From positions 314,152 to 378,151 of the forward strand of contig VGVV01000002.1 in NCBI GenBank assembly GCA_016873895.1: DNA of 64,000 bases. The letters run 5' to 3'. Origin of the DNA: Ignavibacteria bacterium (GTDB lineage: Bacteria; Bacteroidota; Ignavibacteria; Kapaibacteriales; Kapaibacteriaceae). Positions 8,973 to 18,196 of the stretch are shown one piece after another (within the stretch, counting starts at the first letter, position 1; every line of letters begins with the position of its first letter). The notes under the pieces are model-generated. The model saw nothing but the letters and a program-made list of their open reading frames with translations. It was not told the DNA's origin and did not search any database. Made by a program: the position numbers and the translations under genes.

Positions 8973-9391
8973 AGGCTACTTGGACTTACGATGTATTTGT
9001 TCTCGAGATGGTGCATTTGTTCTCTATCGGCTTGTTCGGCGTCGTCGTAACCCAATAAATGCAGGGCTCCGTGAACTGCCAGCCGACATAGTTCACTGAC
9101 GACTGTAACGTGGTATTCGTTTGCCTGACGTCTGGCAGTTTCCAGCGAGACATAGATCTCGCCATAGAGCGGCTGATCTTCGAGGGGGAAGGTGATCACG
9201 TCTGTGGCATAATCATGCTGCAAATACTGCTTGTTCAGCGTACGGATTCTGCGGTCTGTAAGCAACACAATATCCACATTGGCATGCTTGACCCTATGGG
9301 CACGAAGGGCTTTCTGCACACTCGCAATCATTTCTTTGCGACCGCGGTACCTTGCGCCCGAGGCATTCGTAACTGATACGTTTAGAGACAT
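8969..9391 (-). CDS. ybeY: rRNA maturation endoribonuclease YbeY
   Basis: LNKQYLQHDYATDVITF and HGALHLLGYD zinc motif; ATG at 9391 chosen. Confidence 0.93.
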   Translation of the reverse strand: MSLNVSVTNASGARYRGRKEMIASVQKALRAHRVKHANVDIVLLTDRRIRTLNKQYLQHDYATDVITFPLEDQPLYGEIYVSLETARRQANEYHVTVVSELCRLAVHGALHLLGYDDAEQADREQMHHLENKYIVSPSSL

Positions 9392-9401
9392 TGGCAAAAA
9401 T

Positions 9402-10094
9402 CTACGAAAGATCCGATTGACTGCGCGCCTCTTTCACTTTCCAGAGCCCCCACCATGGCGTACCAGGCGAAAGATGGTGTTCACTATGGTAGCCAAAGAA
9501 GTAGCACGATAGCATCGCAAGAGCGTGATTGAGCTTCATTGACCGAGCATTGTGAGGCATGTCTGCTGAATGGGGCTTGCGGTGCGGCAGAAAAGTTCCA
9601 ATTGTGAAGAGCTGCATAGCACCAATAAATGCCGGTATGATCCAAAAGACCCAGAGCTTGGGTTCGGGAATCCCCAAAACCAGCTTTAGCAGGTTGAAGA
9701 CCGTACCCATGATCAAAAACTGGCTTACTGTAGCATAGCGCCACATAAACGATGCAAACCAAACAATGTAATTGTTCGATGGATGATAATCGGGATCTGC
9801 TGCGTCATCAGCAGGATGCGCATGGTGTTTGTGATGATTTTGATACAGACGTGTATAGGACAGACCTGCAAACAGGAACGACGCAACGGTGCCGATGTAT
9901 GTATTTGTCCTTTGCACGGGAGATACAACACCGTGAATTGCATCATGCGCGGTAATGAATAGCCCCGTAGACAAATACCCCTGCACAAGCGCGTGTATGA
10001 TTCCGCTGGCGAGCGTTAACTCAACATAGCCAAGCGTCCATACAAGATGCAGAACCCATAAGCTGATGATTGTGACGGCGATTCCTAAACCCAT
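9402..10094 (-). CDS. crtW: Beta-carotene ketolase (CrtW-type, membrane desaturase superfamily)
   Basis: TGLFITAHDAIHG, HHKHH, DPDYH, QLFTIGTFLPHR and CYFFGYHSEHH..PWW motifs; ATG at 10094 chosen. Confidence 0.8.
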   Translation of the reverse strand: MGLGIAVTIISLWVLHLVWTLGYVELTLASGIIHALVQGYLSTGLFITAHDAIHGVVSPVQRTNTYIGTVASFLFAGLSYTRLYQNHHKHHAHPADDAADPDYHPSNNYIVWFASFMWRYATVSQFLIMGTVFNLLKLVLGIPEPKLWVFWIIPAFIGAMQLFTIGTFLPHRKPHSADMPHNARSMKLNHALAMLSCYFFGYHSEHHLSPGTPWWGLWKVKEARSQSDLS

Positions 10095-10163
10095 TGCAAC
10101 AAATTTCGAACGAAAGCAGTGATACGCAATATGTCGGTTGTAGATTCGTACCCACAACGACCC

Positions 10164-11426
10164 ATGAGAATACTTCGTTCCATACTATTCGCGCTCATCG
10201 CAGCTGCAACGAGCCTTCAGGCACAAAAGCTCATAATCCCGATGGATCTTGAGCAATCGAACCATTTAAAGGCCTATGGTATTGTGTATTGGATCCTCAC
10301 AAAAGATCAGCCGGTTGACTGGCTGCTGAATTACAGAGGGGGCTCCTTCGTTACCGACTATTCAGAACAGATTGCCTCTGAGTGTCGAATTCGTGGTGTT
10401 TCGTTTGATGCTGTTGACGGTGCCAGTATTGCTACCATCTACTCGGAGGTGCAGTCCGAAAAGACAAACATGGATGTTGTCCGCCTCGAGAAAGCACCCA
10501 AAATCGCAGTCTACGCTCCGCCCGGATTTCGGCCTTGGGATGATGCAGTGACGCTTGTGATGGAGTATGCTGAGGTGAAGTATGAAAAGCTCTGGGACGA
10601 AGAGGTGATGAAGGGTAAACTCTCCGAGTATGATTGGCTTCACTTGCATCATGAAGATTTTACGGGCCAATACGGGAAGTTTTACGCGAGTTCAGCAGGT
10701 GAATCATGGTATATCCAGCAGGTAGCCTTGCTTGAGAACACTGCCCGAAAGTTGGGCTTTGCAAAAGTTAGCGAGCTGAAGAAGTCTGTTGTCGAGAAGA
10801 TTCGTGAGTTCGTTGCCAACGGCGGGTTCATGTTTGCTATGTGCAGTGCTACTGATACATACGACATTGCGCTTGCCTCTGCAGGAGTAGATATCTGTGA
10901 TGTTATCTATGATGGAGACGGGGCGGACATGAACGCCAATAACAAGCTTGATTATTTACGCACGTTTGCATTTCAAGACTTTCAGCTTATCATGAATCCA
11001 CTGCAGTATGAGTATTCAACCATCGATGTGGATGCAAATACAATCCTGCAAACAGAGTCGAGCGACTATTTTACGCTGTTTGATTTCTCTGCTAAATATG
11101 ATCCAGTACCGACCATGCTAACGCAATGTCATGTGAATGTGATCAAAGGTTTTCTCGGGCAGACAACAGCATACCACAAGAATCTTGTCAAGAAGTCGGT
11201 AACTGTTCTCGGTGAACGAGAGGGTACAGATCAGGTACGCTATATACACGGTAATGTTGGACGTGGCACGTATACCTGGTATGGCGGACATGATCCAGAG
11301 GATTATCGTCATGCTGTTGGAGACCCGCCAACCGATCTCAAGCTTCATCCGAATTCGCCGGGATATAGGCTTATCCTGAACAACATCTTGTTTCCTGCCG
11401 CAAAAAAAAAGAAGCAGAAGACCTAG
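10164..11426 (+). CDS. Conserved secreted FCB-group protein with class I glutamine amidotransferase-like domain (often labelled asparagine synthetase B)
   Basis: Signal peptide; NHLKAYG, WLHLHHEDFTGQYGKF, GGFMFAMCSATD and GGHDPEDY motifs; promoter-like TAGATTCG at 10141-10148. Confidence 0.7.
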   Translation: MRILRSILFALIAAATSLQAQKLIIPMDLEQSNHLKAYGIVYWILTKDQPVDWLLNYRGGSFVTDYSEQIASECRIRGVSFDAVDGASIATIYSEVQSEKTNMDVVRLEKAPKIAVYAPPGFRPWDDAVTLVMEYAEVKYEKLWDEEVMKGKLSEYDWLHLHHEDFTGQYGKFYASSAGESWYIQQVALLENTARKLGFAKVSELKKSVVEKIREFVANGGFMFAMCSATDTYDIALASAGVDICDVIYDGDGADMNANNKLDYLRTFAFQDFQLIMNPLQYEYSTIDVDANTILQTESSDYFTLFDFSAKYDPVPTMLTQCHVNVIKGFLGQTTAYHKNLVKKSVTVLGEREGTDQVRYIHGNVGRGTYTWYGGHDPEDYRHAVGDPPTDLKLHPNSPGYRLILNNILFPAAKKKKQKT

Positions 11427-11763
11427 ACGAGATCAAGGCTGGTTACTGATGCTACTCATCGTCTGTGTTCATCATTGCCGCAAGCGCTGTTGCTGAAAAT
11501 GTGCCAGTACTTTGGGCACCTTCGCCAATTCATGGGCGTCGAAGGTACCGAGCAGAGCTCCAGCCAACAGGATTGGCAGCAAGATAGATGCACTGAAACG
11601 CTTGATTATACGTATCAAAAATACGGGGCAAGCCTCAGGCGCGTGTGGAAAACTTTGCCACATTTTTCCCATTATGAACAGCAATTCATTGGCTGTTACC
11701 ACTGTTTCAGCGACTTTTGTTGCAATGGAAGCCCAGAACAGTTCCGTGTTCACCCGAATCGGG

Positions 11764-13473
11764 ATGAGTCTGTGTTCCGGTCGCTCTTTGACAATTGGAT
11801 TTGCAATCTGCAGTTTTTTGTTCAATTCGTGTGTTGGCCACAAGCCAGCACCAGTAGAGAGTACGTCAGTTTTTAGTTACAACGAACCTGATGGTCTTCT
11901 CAGCTTAGATCCAGCTCAAGCCTCCTACAGAAGTGCATTATGGACATCTTCTCATCTCTATAATGGTTTGGTAGAGCTTGATTCCAACTTGGCCATTGCT
12001 CCATGCATTGCATCGCACTGGACAGTTGATAAAGCTGGATTGGAATGGACATTCCGTCTTCGGACGGATGTTTGGTTCCATCCGGATTCATGTTTTGGAC
12101 CACAGCGTATGCGAAAAGTTGTTGCACAGGACGTTAAGTACAGTCTTGAGCGCATACTCGACGCACGCACGAAGTCTACCGGTCTCTGGGCATTTCGCAC
12201 CACGATAGTAGGCGCTGATGACTTTCATCAGGCTACGCGCCGTGGGATGCGACCATCGCTTCAGGGTATTCGTGTTATCACTGACTCCGTCGTTTCAATT
12301 CGTCTCACGAAACCATTTGCTCCTTTTCTGGCAGTTCTAACAATGCCATATGGCTCGATTATTCCGAGGGAAGCGATCGAACTGTATGGTGCCGATTATG
12401 GACGACATCCCGTTGGTACGGGCCCGTTCATGTTCGGTACCTGGATCCCAGATAGAGAGTTGACGTTGAGGCGGAACCCGAGATACTTTAAGTCTGATGC
12501 CCAAGGGCGTAGACTTCCGTATCTGTCACAGGTGCGCATAGCATTTGTGCGGGACCCCAAGAGCGAGTTCTTCGAATTCACCAAAGGTGAGTTTGATGTG
12601 ATAAGCTCGATCGACGAATCGTTTATACCGAGTGTTTTTGAACCAGATGGGCGCATAAAAGCCCGCTACGATCGATTTCGCGTGTTGCGCACATCAGCTA
12701 ACACTGTGGAATACTACGGTATCCTTATGGATACTACCCTTCCGGCAGGGCATCAATCGCCCCTAGCTCGTTCGAAGGCATTACGTCAGGCGTTAAACTA
12801 CGCTATCGACCGCCACCGCATAGTTGCATACCTGCTCAACAGTCGAGCTATTCCTGCATACTACGGGGTATTACCCCCTACGATGCCGGGGTTTAACGAT
12901 TCGATTGTGGGCTATCGGTACGACCAAGCGCGGGCACGGCGGTTACTTGCACAGGCAGGGTATCCCAATGGCAAGGGGCTTCCACCTCTTGTACTTCAGC
13001 TAGGCAACAGTGCACGCACTGCTGCAATAGCAGAAGCTATCCAAGAACAGTGGGAAGAGATAGGTGTTACGGTTGAGCTGCGACAGGTTGACTTTCCGCA
13101 GCATTTATCAATGGTTCGAGCTGGTGAGCTCGCGCTTTGGCGGACAAGTTGGATTGGGGACTATCCCGATCCTGAAAATTTCTTGGCGCTGTTTATTACA
13201 TCAACAATTGCACCTAATGGTCCGAATACTACGCGTATCTCGCGTCTGGACCTTGATTCCTTATACGAAGCCATTTTAGATCCCACGCGTTCGGAAAGAG
13301 AGCGCCGCGACATTGCCTCTGCCATGGAACGCATCATCATTGAAGAAGCCCCCTGGGTTTTCCTCTATTATCATGTGGTTCTTCGGGTTGTGCACCCCGA
13401 GGTTAAGGGGCTTACCCTTGACGGATCGGACCGTCTCGTTCTCGAACGAGTCTCCAAGGGTCCGAAACTATAA
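11764..13473 (+). CDS. ABC transporter substrate-binding lipoprotein, family 5 (OppA/DppA-like)
   Basis: Lipobox-like FNSC; SLDPA, LYNGLV, HPVGTGPF, LRQALNYAIDR and WIGDYPDPENFL motifs; start uncertain. Confidence 0.9.
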   Translation: MSLCSGRSLTIGFAICSFLFNSCVGHKPAPVESTSVFSYNEPDGLLSLDPAQASYRSALWTSSHLYNGLVELDSNLAIAPCIASHWTVDKAGLEWTFRLRTDVWFHPDSCFGPQRMRKVVAQDVKYSLERILDARTKSTGLWAFRTTIVGADDFHQATRRGMRPSLQGIRVITDSVVSIRLTKPFAPFLAVLTMPYGSIIPREAIELYGADYGRHPVGTGPFMFGTWIPDRELTLRRNPRYFKSDAQGRRLPYLSQVRIAFVRDPKSEFFEFTKGEFDVISSIDESFIPSVFEPDGRIKARYDRFRVLRTSANTVEYYGILMDTTLPAGHQSPLARSKALRQALNYAIDRHRIVAYLLNSRAIPAYYGVLPPTMPGFNDSIVGYRYDQARARRLLAQAGYPNGKGLPPLVLQLGNSARTAAIAEAIQEQWEEIGVTVELRQVDFPQHLSMVRAGELALWRTSWIGDYPDPENFLALFITSTIAPNGPNTTRISRLDLDSLYEAILDPTRSERERRDIASAMERIIIEEAPWVFLYYHVVLRVVHPEVKGLTLDGSDRLVLERVSKGPKL

Positions 13474-13503
13474 GTTCAACATTATTCACAGGGAGGTACA
13501 GTT

Positions 13504-14406
13504 ATGACAAAACTGCCAGGCATGTCTCTCCTTTGTGTCTTGATTGCTTCGATATTCGCTTTCACTTCGATTACACCTGTTGAGGTTTCTGCTCGCGCCA
13601 AGCGGTCGGTGGTTAAACGGGCTTCAAGTAAGAAAAGCAAGCGTAGTCGTAAGCGTTCGCGTGGCTCTGTCTGCACACCTGCATCACGTGCAGCCGGCAG
13701 ACAGCAAGCATACGCTCTCCTGAGTACACATAGTCCAGAGTTATGTAAGCTAACAGGCGTTCAATACGCTGCTAGCAACGATTCAATCGTAAATACTGCT
13801 CAATACCTTGCAGGCGATGGTGAAATCAATCTCGACCAGTTGCAGGATCAGCCAGAAGACGAAGGCGAAATCCTTTCTGAGCTTGAGCTCGAAGATGACA
13901 TTACTCCTGACTTGGATGCGTTCCGCTCACTTTGGCTTTCTATGGTGAACGAACGGGAGAAAGACGCAATCACAGGTGGTCTACCAAAAGAAAAACTTGC
14001 CGACATAGCAATGGACTGGCTTGGAACACGCTATCATTATGGTGGCACTTCACGGTCTGGAATCGATTGCTCAGCATACATGCAGGTGTTGTTTACTGGC
14101 GCATTCAATTACCAGTTACCACGCACGTCACTCGGGCAATCACAAATAGGCAAGCTCGTATCACGCAGGTCTGATCTGCAATTCGGAGATTTCGTGTTCT
14201 TCGCTACGCGATCAGGGCGCACGGTTTCGCACGTAGGGATGTATCTGGGCGACAATCTATTTACACATTCGTCATCACGATATGGTGTAACGATCTCGTC
14301 GCTGGAGTCAACCTACTACAGCAAGCGCCTGGTAGCAGCGCGCAGGCTCGATAGTGAAGAGCTTAATCGGTTTGCCTCAAGCGCCGCGGCTCTTCGCGCG
14401 AACTAA
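13504..14406 (+). CDS. NlpC/P60 (C40) cell-wall peptidase
   Basis: WLGTRYHYGG..GIDCSA, GDFVFF, SHVGMY and FTHSS catalytic Cys/His motifs; signal peptide; GGAGG upstream. Confidence 0.92.
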   Translation: MTKLPGMSLLCVLIASIFAFTSITPVEVSARAKRSVVKRASSKKSKRSRKRSRGSVCTPASRAAGRQQAYALLSTHSPELCKLTGVQYAASNDSIVNTAQYLAGDGEINLDQLQDQPEDEGEILSELELEDDITPDLDAFRSLWLSMVNEREKDAITGGLPKEKLADIAMDWLGTRYHYGGTSRSGIDCSAYMQVLFTGAFNYQLPRTSLGQSQIGKLVSRRSDLQFGDFVFFATRSGRTVSHVGMYLGDNLFTHSSSRYGVTISSLESTYYSKRLVAARRLDSEELNRFASSAAALRAN

Positions 14407-14435
14407 GCCATACTCAGCAAATCCGATTGTGCACG

Positions 14436-14479
14436 AAAAAAACACCCTGCAGCGTTCTCGCTGCGGGGTGTTTTTGTTT
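14436..14479. terminator. Bidirectional intrinsic terminator between nlpC and rnr
   Basis: AAAAAAACACCCTGCAGCG-TTCT-CGCTGCGGGGTGTTTTTGTTT. Confidence 0.85.
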
Positions 14480-14501
14480 AGTAACTCATGTACCTGGCAC
14501 G

Positions 14502-16724
14502 TTATGATTCGCGTGTGCGCCTTTCAGATTTGCGTGGCTTCTTGACTTCGCGCTCTACAAGTTCAATCGTTTGCTCTATTCCCGTTTGATCCTTCGATAG
14601 GCGCAGGTCTATCTCTCGACGGTCGATGTTTGCCTTAACGATACGCACGCGAAGTTGTGTGCCATAACGGACAACGCGCCTCGTGTTTCGTCCGATGATG
14701 CGCATCCGGCGGTCGTCAAATATGTAATAGTCGTCTTCAAAATCACGCAAGTGCAATAGGCCTTCGATCATCAGGTCGTGCAGAGTAACAAACACTCCAA
14801 ACTGTGTAACGCCTGTTACATATCCTACATGATCAGACCCAAGATGTTCATGAGCTAGAATCGTTTGTGCCAGCTTTGTAGATGCGCGCTCTGCTTCGAC
14901 CGACTGACGCTCTGTTTGTGAGCAGTGGTCGCTTGCATAACTGGCAATACCGCGCAGTTGAACAATTCGGCGTTGGTCGGGCACTCCACGGCTATACTCC
15001 TTGAGCAATCTGTGGATTACTAAATCCGGGTATCGCCGAATTGGCGATGTAAAGTGGGAATAGTCTGCAAACCCTAACCCATAGTGTCCGATGTTGTATT
15101 CGGCATAGACTGCCTTGGCCATAGAGCGCAACAGCAGTGTGTTCACCACAGGCTTGTCTGGTCTGTTCGACGCCTGTTCCAGGATAGCATTGATTTGACG
15201 GGGCGAGAGCTGTCCACTAGGGACATCAAAACCCAATGCCCGTATCACATTCGTAGCATCCGAAATCTTATCGGCGCTTGGCTTGTCGTGCACGCGATAG
15301 ACAAACGGCGGGGGATCTTTCAAGCCCCATTGCTTTTTCAGGGTCTGAAGATGTTCTGCAACTGCACGATTTGCGGCTAGCATGCATTCTTCTACCAGCG
15401 ATGTAGCATCCGTGCGGGTTTTAACAACTGCGCGCGAGGGCATCTTCTCTTCATCAAGAATGAACTTAATTTCTTGAGTCTCGAAGTCTATTCCTCCAGA
15501 CTTCATTCGACGTGTAAAGAGCTTGCGTGCAAGTGCATGGAGGTTGTGAATCAGATCACTATGATCACCGTCTGCCCCTTGAATAATCTGTTGTGCTTCG
15601 TCATATGTGTATCGACGGCAGCTCTGGATAAGCGTTTCTTCTATGCGATATCCGCGTCGAATTCCTGTTGTCGTAAACTCCATGAACACGGAGTAAGCGC
15701 AGCGAGGCTGATGTGGTACGAGGGAGCAAATGTCGTTACTCAATCGCTCCGGCAGCATTGGTACCACACAATCAACGAGGTAGGTGCTGTTGCCACGTTG
15801 CAAAGCTTCACGATCAAGAGCCGAGCCTTCTGCTACGTAGTGGGACACATCGGCGATATGAACTCCGAGTTCGAGGTTCCCATTATTAAGCTGCGTAAGA
15901 GAAAGTGCATCGTCGAAGTCGCGGGCATCCTCTGGGTCGATGGTTACAACGCGAAGGTGCCGAATATCTGAACGCGACTCAAGTTGCGTTGAATCGGGAT
16001 GAGAATGCTGATGGGCCTCGGTCTCGACCTCTACTGGGAATGCCTTTGGCAGGCGAAACTCCTTGAGAATAGCTGCAAACTCAACAGCGGCCTTACCTGA
16101 TGTACCGATAACCTCTGCAATGGTTACTTCTGGAGATGACTGAGCATTACGCCACCTATGGAATCGAGCGCTAACCTTATCTCCGGGTCGTGCGCCATTC
16201 AAATGTTGTTCAGCAATCAAAAAGTCTATGTGGTACTTAACGTCATCAGGTATCAGGTAGAAAAACGTACCATCATGCTCTACTGTGCCGGTGATAACAT
16301 GCGCCGCCCTTTGGACGATATCCAGCACTTCGCCTTTGGGTTTCTTACCTGGTGCTGTAGCGTGAATCTGCACAACAACTTTATCGCCCGAGAGGGCTGT
16401 ATTCATGTCATGTCTACGAATAGAAATCACAGGCACAACAGTATCGCCAGTTGCAACAACAGCTGCATTGTGGTGATAGGTAAGAATCCCGTGTACGTCA
16501 GAGCTCGTTCGATGAGGTAATGTGTATCGTCTGCGACTCATTCGTTGAACGATGCCCTCATCAACCATCAGCTCGAGTAGATCACGCATGTAGTCGTATT
16601 CATCGCTCCCAGCCTTGATACGCAGCCTCTTTGAAAGATCGAGAAGCTGCAACGGGCTAACCGATGTTCCAAGGGCCTCAAGAATTTCTTGTCGAAAATT
16701 CTGTAATTCTGTTAATCGCTTCAT
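14502..16724 (-). CDS. rnr: Ribonuclease R
   Basis: TIDPEDARDFDDALS, VHIADVSHYV and HFTSPIRRYPDL motifs, S1 domain; ATG at 16724 chosen. Confidence 0.95.
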   Translation of the reverse strand: MKRLTELQNFRQEILEALGTSVSPLQLLDLSKRLRIKAGSDEYDYMRDLLELMVDEGIVQRMSRRRYTLPHRTSSDVHGILTYHHNAAVVATGDTVVPVISIRRHDMNTALSGDKVVVQIHATAPGKKPKGEVLDIVQRAAHVITGTVEHDGTFFYLIPDDVKYHIDFLIAEQHLNGARPGDKVSARFHRWRNAQSSPEVTIAEVIGTSGKAAVEFAAILKEFRLPKAFPVEVETEAHQHSHPDSTQLESRSDIRHLRVVTIDPEDARDFDDALSLTQLNNGNLELGVHIADVSHYVAEGSALDREALQRGNSTYLVDCVVPMLPERLSNDICSLVPHQPRCAYSVFMEFTTTGIRRGYRIEETLIQSCRRYTYDEAQQIIQGADGDHSDLIHNLHALARKLFTRRMKSGGIDFETQEIKFILDEEKMPSRAVVKTRTDATSLVEECMLAANRAVAEHLQTLKKQWGLKDPPPFVYRVHDKPSADKISDATNVIRALGFDVPSGQLSPRQINAILEQASNRPDKPVVNTLLLRSMAKAVYAEYNIGHYGLGFADYSHFTSPIRRYPDLVIHRLLKEYSRGVPDQRRIVQLRGIASYASDHCSQTERQSVEAERASTKLAQTILAHEHLGSDHVGYVTGVTQFGVFVTLHDLMIEGLLHLRDFEDDYYIFDDRRMRIIGRNTRRVVRYGTQLRVRIVKANIDRREIDLRLSKDQTGIEQTIELVEREVKKPRKSERRTRES

Positions 16725-16785
16725 AGCGCAATATGCGCCATTGTTTGACGTTGTTAGTGGTGAAAGTTTGTCGTAGACTAGCAAT

Positions 16786-17298
16786 ATGTCAGTACCCAAA
16801 GTATACATGGTCGTCGCATTGTCGTGTGTCGTTATCATGCACGCACAAGAGGCCAGTGAGTGGTTTGGTAAGGGGCTCAATGCCTTTAACAAGGGTAACT
16901 ACGGCGAAGCCGTAGTTAACTTTACTCGAGCAATTGAACAAGACAGTGGAGCATCTCCTGCGTGGTTTAACCGTGGAACGGCATATATGCGGATGAGAGT
17001 CTTCGACAAAGCCTACGCTGATCTTACACGATGCCTTCAATTGCGGACGTCGCAGATTACAATGAATGCTCGTATGCAACGCGCAGTTGTTGGCGCTGAG
17101 CTTGGTCTTCAGCAGGAATCACTGCGCGACGTAAATACTGTGTTGAAGCAAGACAGCACATTTCCCAAAGCACGACTATTGCGTGGTCGACTACTGCTGC
17201 AGGCTGGAGACACCTCCCAGGCATGCGCTGATTTTGCAGGTGCGCTGCGCTCAGGAGACAGCTCTGTTGTGAAGTACATAAAGGTGCATTGTCAATGA
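16786..17298 (+). CDS. Secreted tetratricopeptide repeat protein
   Basis: Signal peptide; TPR-like helices (GNYGEAVVNFTRAIE, AWFNRGTAY, LLRGRLLLQAGD). Confidence 0.8.
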   Translation: MSVPKVYMVVALSCVVIMHAQEASEWFGKGLNAFNKGNYGEAVVNFTRAIEQDSGASPAWFNRGTAYMRMRVFDKAYADLTRCLQLRTSQITMNARMQRAVVGAELGLQQESLRDVNTVLKQDSTFPKARLLRGRLLLQAGDTSQACADFAGALRSGDSSVVKYIKVHCQ

Positions 17299-18170
17299 GC
17301 GTTATTCAATGTGCCTTGGTATGCCTGATATGTCTATCAGCTAAGCTCTCTCTCTTTTCACAATCTGCTCCACTGATCAACACGGAAAAGGCCGTTGCTG
17401 AGTTCATCAGCGACAATGCTCGTCCGTCGTTTGTGATAAAGAAAATAGCGGTCACTGGCAGAGTTGATACGATGAAAGCTGTTGTGAAGACATCTACCGT
17501 TCGAGCTAACAAGGGAGACTATACGCGATATAAGCCCGTTGTGGATTCGATTTGGTGGACATCAAAAGACTCACTCAATCACAACGTGTATGTGCTCCTT
17601 CACCTCGAGGGCCAGGGCATACCACTTCCTGCAAATGGTGTTCGAGGCACGGTGCGTATGACTGTTAGTGCAGCCTACTGGGCCAATAACGACTGGGTGG
17701 CTACTTCGTCAGAGCCGTTCTCCGTCCCCGTTGCAAACGTAGACATGCCACGTCCAGTCATCTCAGAATCAAATCTTGAAGTTGCCGTAACGAAGGAAAC
17801 GCCCAAGACAATTGCATTTGAGATAAAGGGGCTTCGCATCACCGCAAAGGGTAAGGATACTGTTGACTTCCTACCCGAGGTACGTGACTTAGCAATCTCC
17901 GATGTTTCTGTTGATTATGAAGAAGCATCGCTAGAAACATCCAACCCCACATTCGACTCATTACGAACGGTTGATGTGCAGATCATCAAAGAGGGTGGTG
18001 GTGAATACACAATTACGGGAACCATTCAGCATCCCACTCCAAAAGCGGGGAAGAAGATTCCGAAGATTACATCCGCTAAACTGTTACTGAATGTTCGCGC
18101 AAAAGCCTTGCATCGCAAGAGCAAGGGGCTTTCTCGGCTTCGAACAATCGAGATTGAGCTATACAAGTGA
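17295..18170 (+). CDS. Hypothetical secreted beta-rich protein
   Basis: Long ORF overlapping the TPR stop codon; signal peptide; no recognised motif. Confidence 0.65.
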   Translation: MSVIQCALVCLICLSAKLSLFSQSAPLINTEKAVAEFISDNARPSFVIKKIAVTGRVDTMKAVVKTSTVRANKGDYTRYKPVVDSIWWTSKDSLNHNVYVLLHLEGQGIPLPANGVRGTVRMTVSAAYWANNDWVATSSEPFSVPVANVDMPRPVISESNLEVAVTKETPKTIAFEIKGLRITAKGKDTVDFLPEVRDLAISDVSVDYEEASLETSNPTFDSLRTVDVQIIKEGGGEYTITGTIQHPTPKAGKKIPKITSAKLLLNVRAKALHRKSKGLSRLRTIEIELYK

Positions 18171-18196
18171 GAAGATGTACCTCTGACTGGTAGTTT

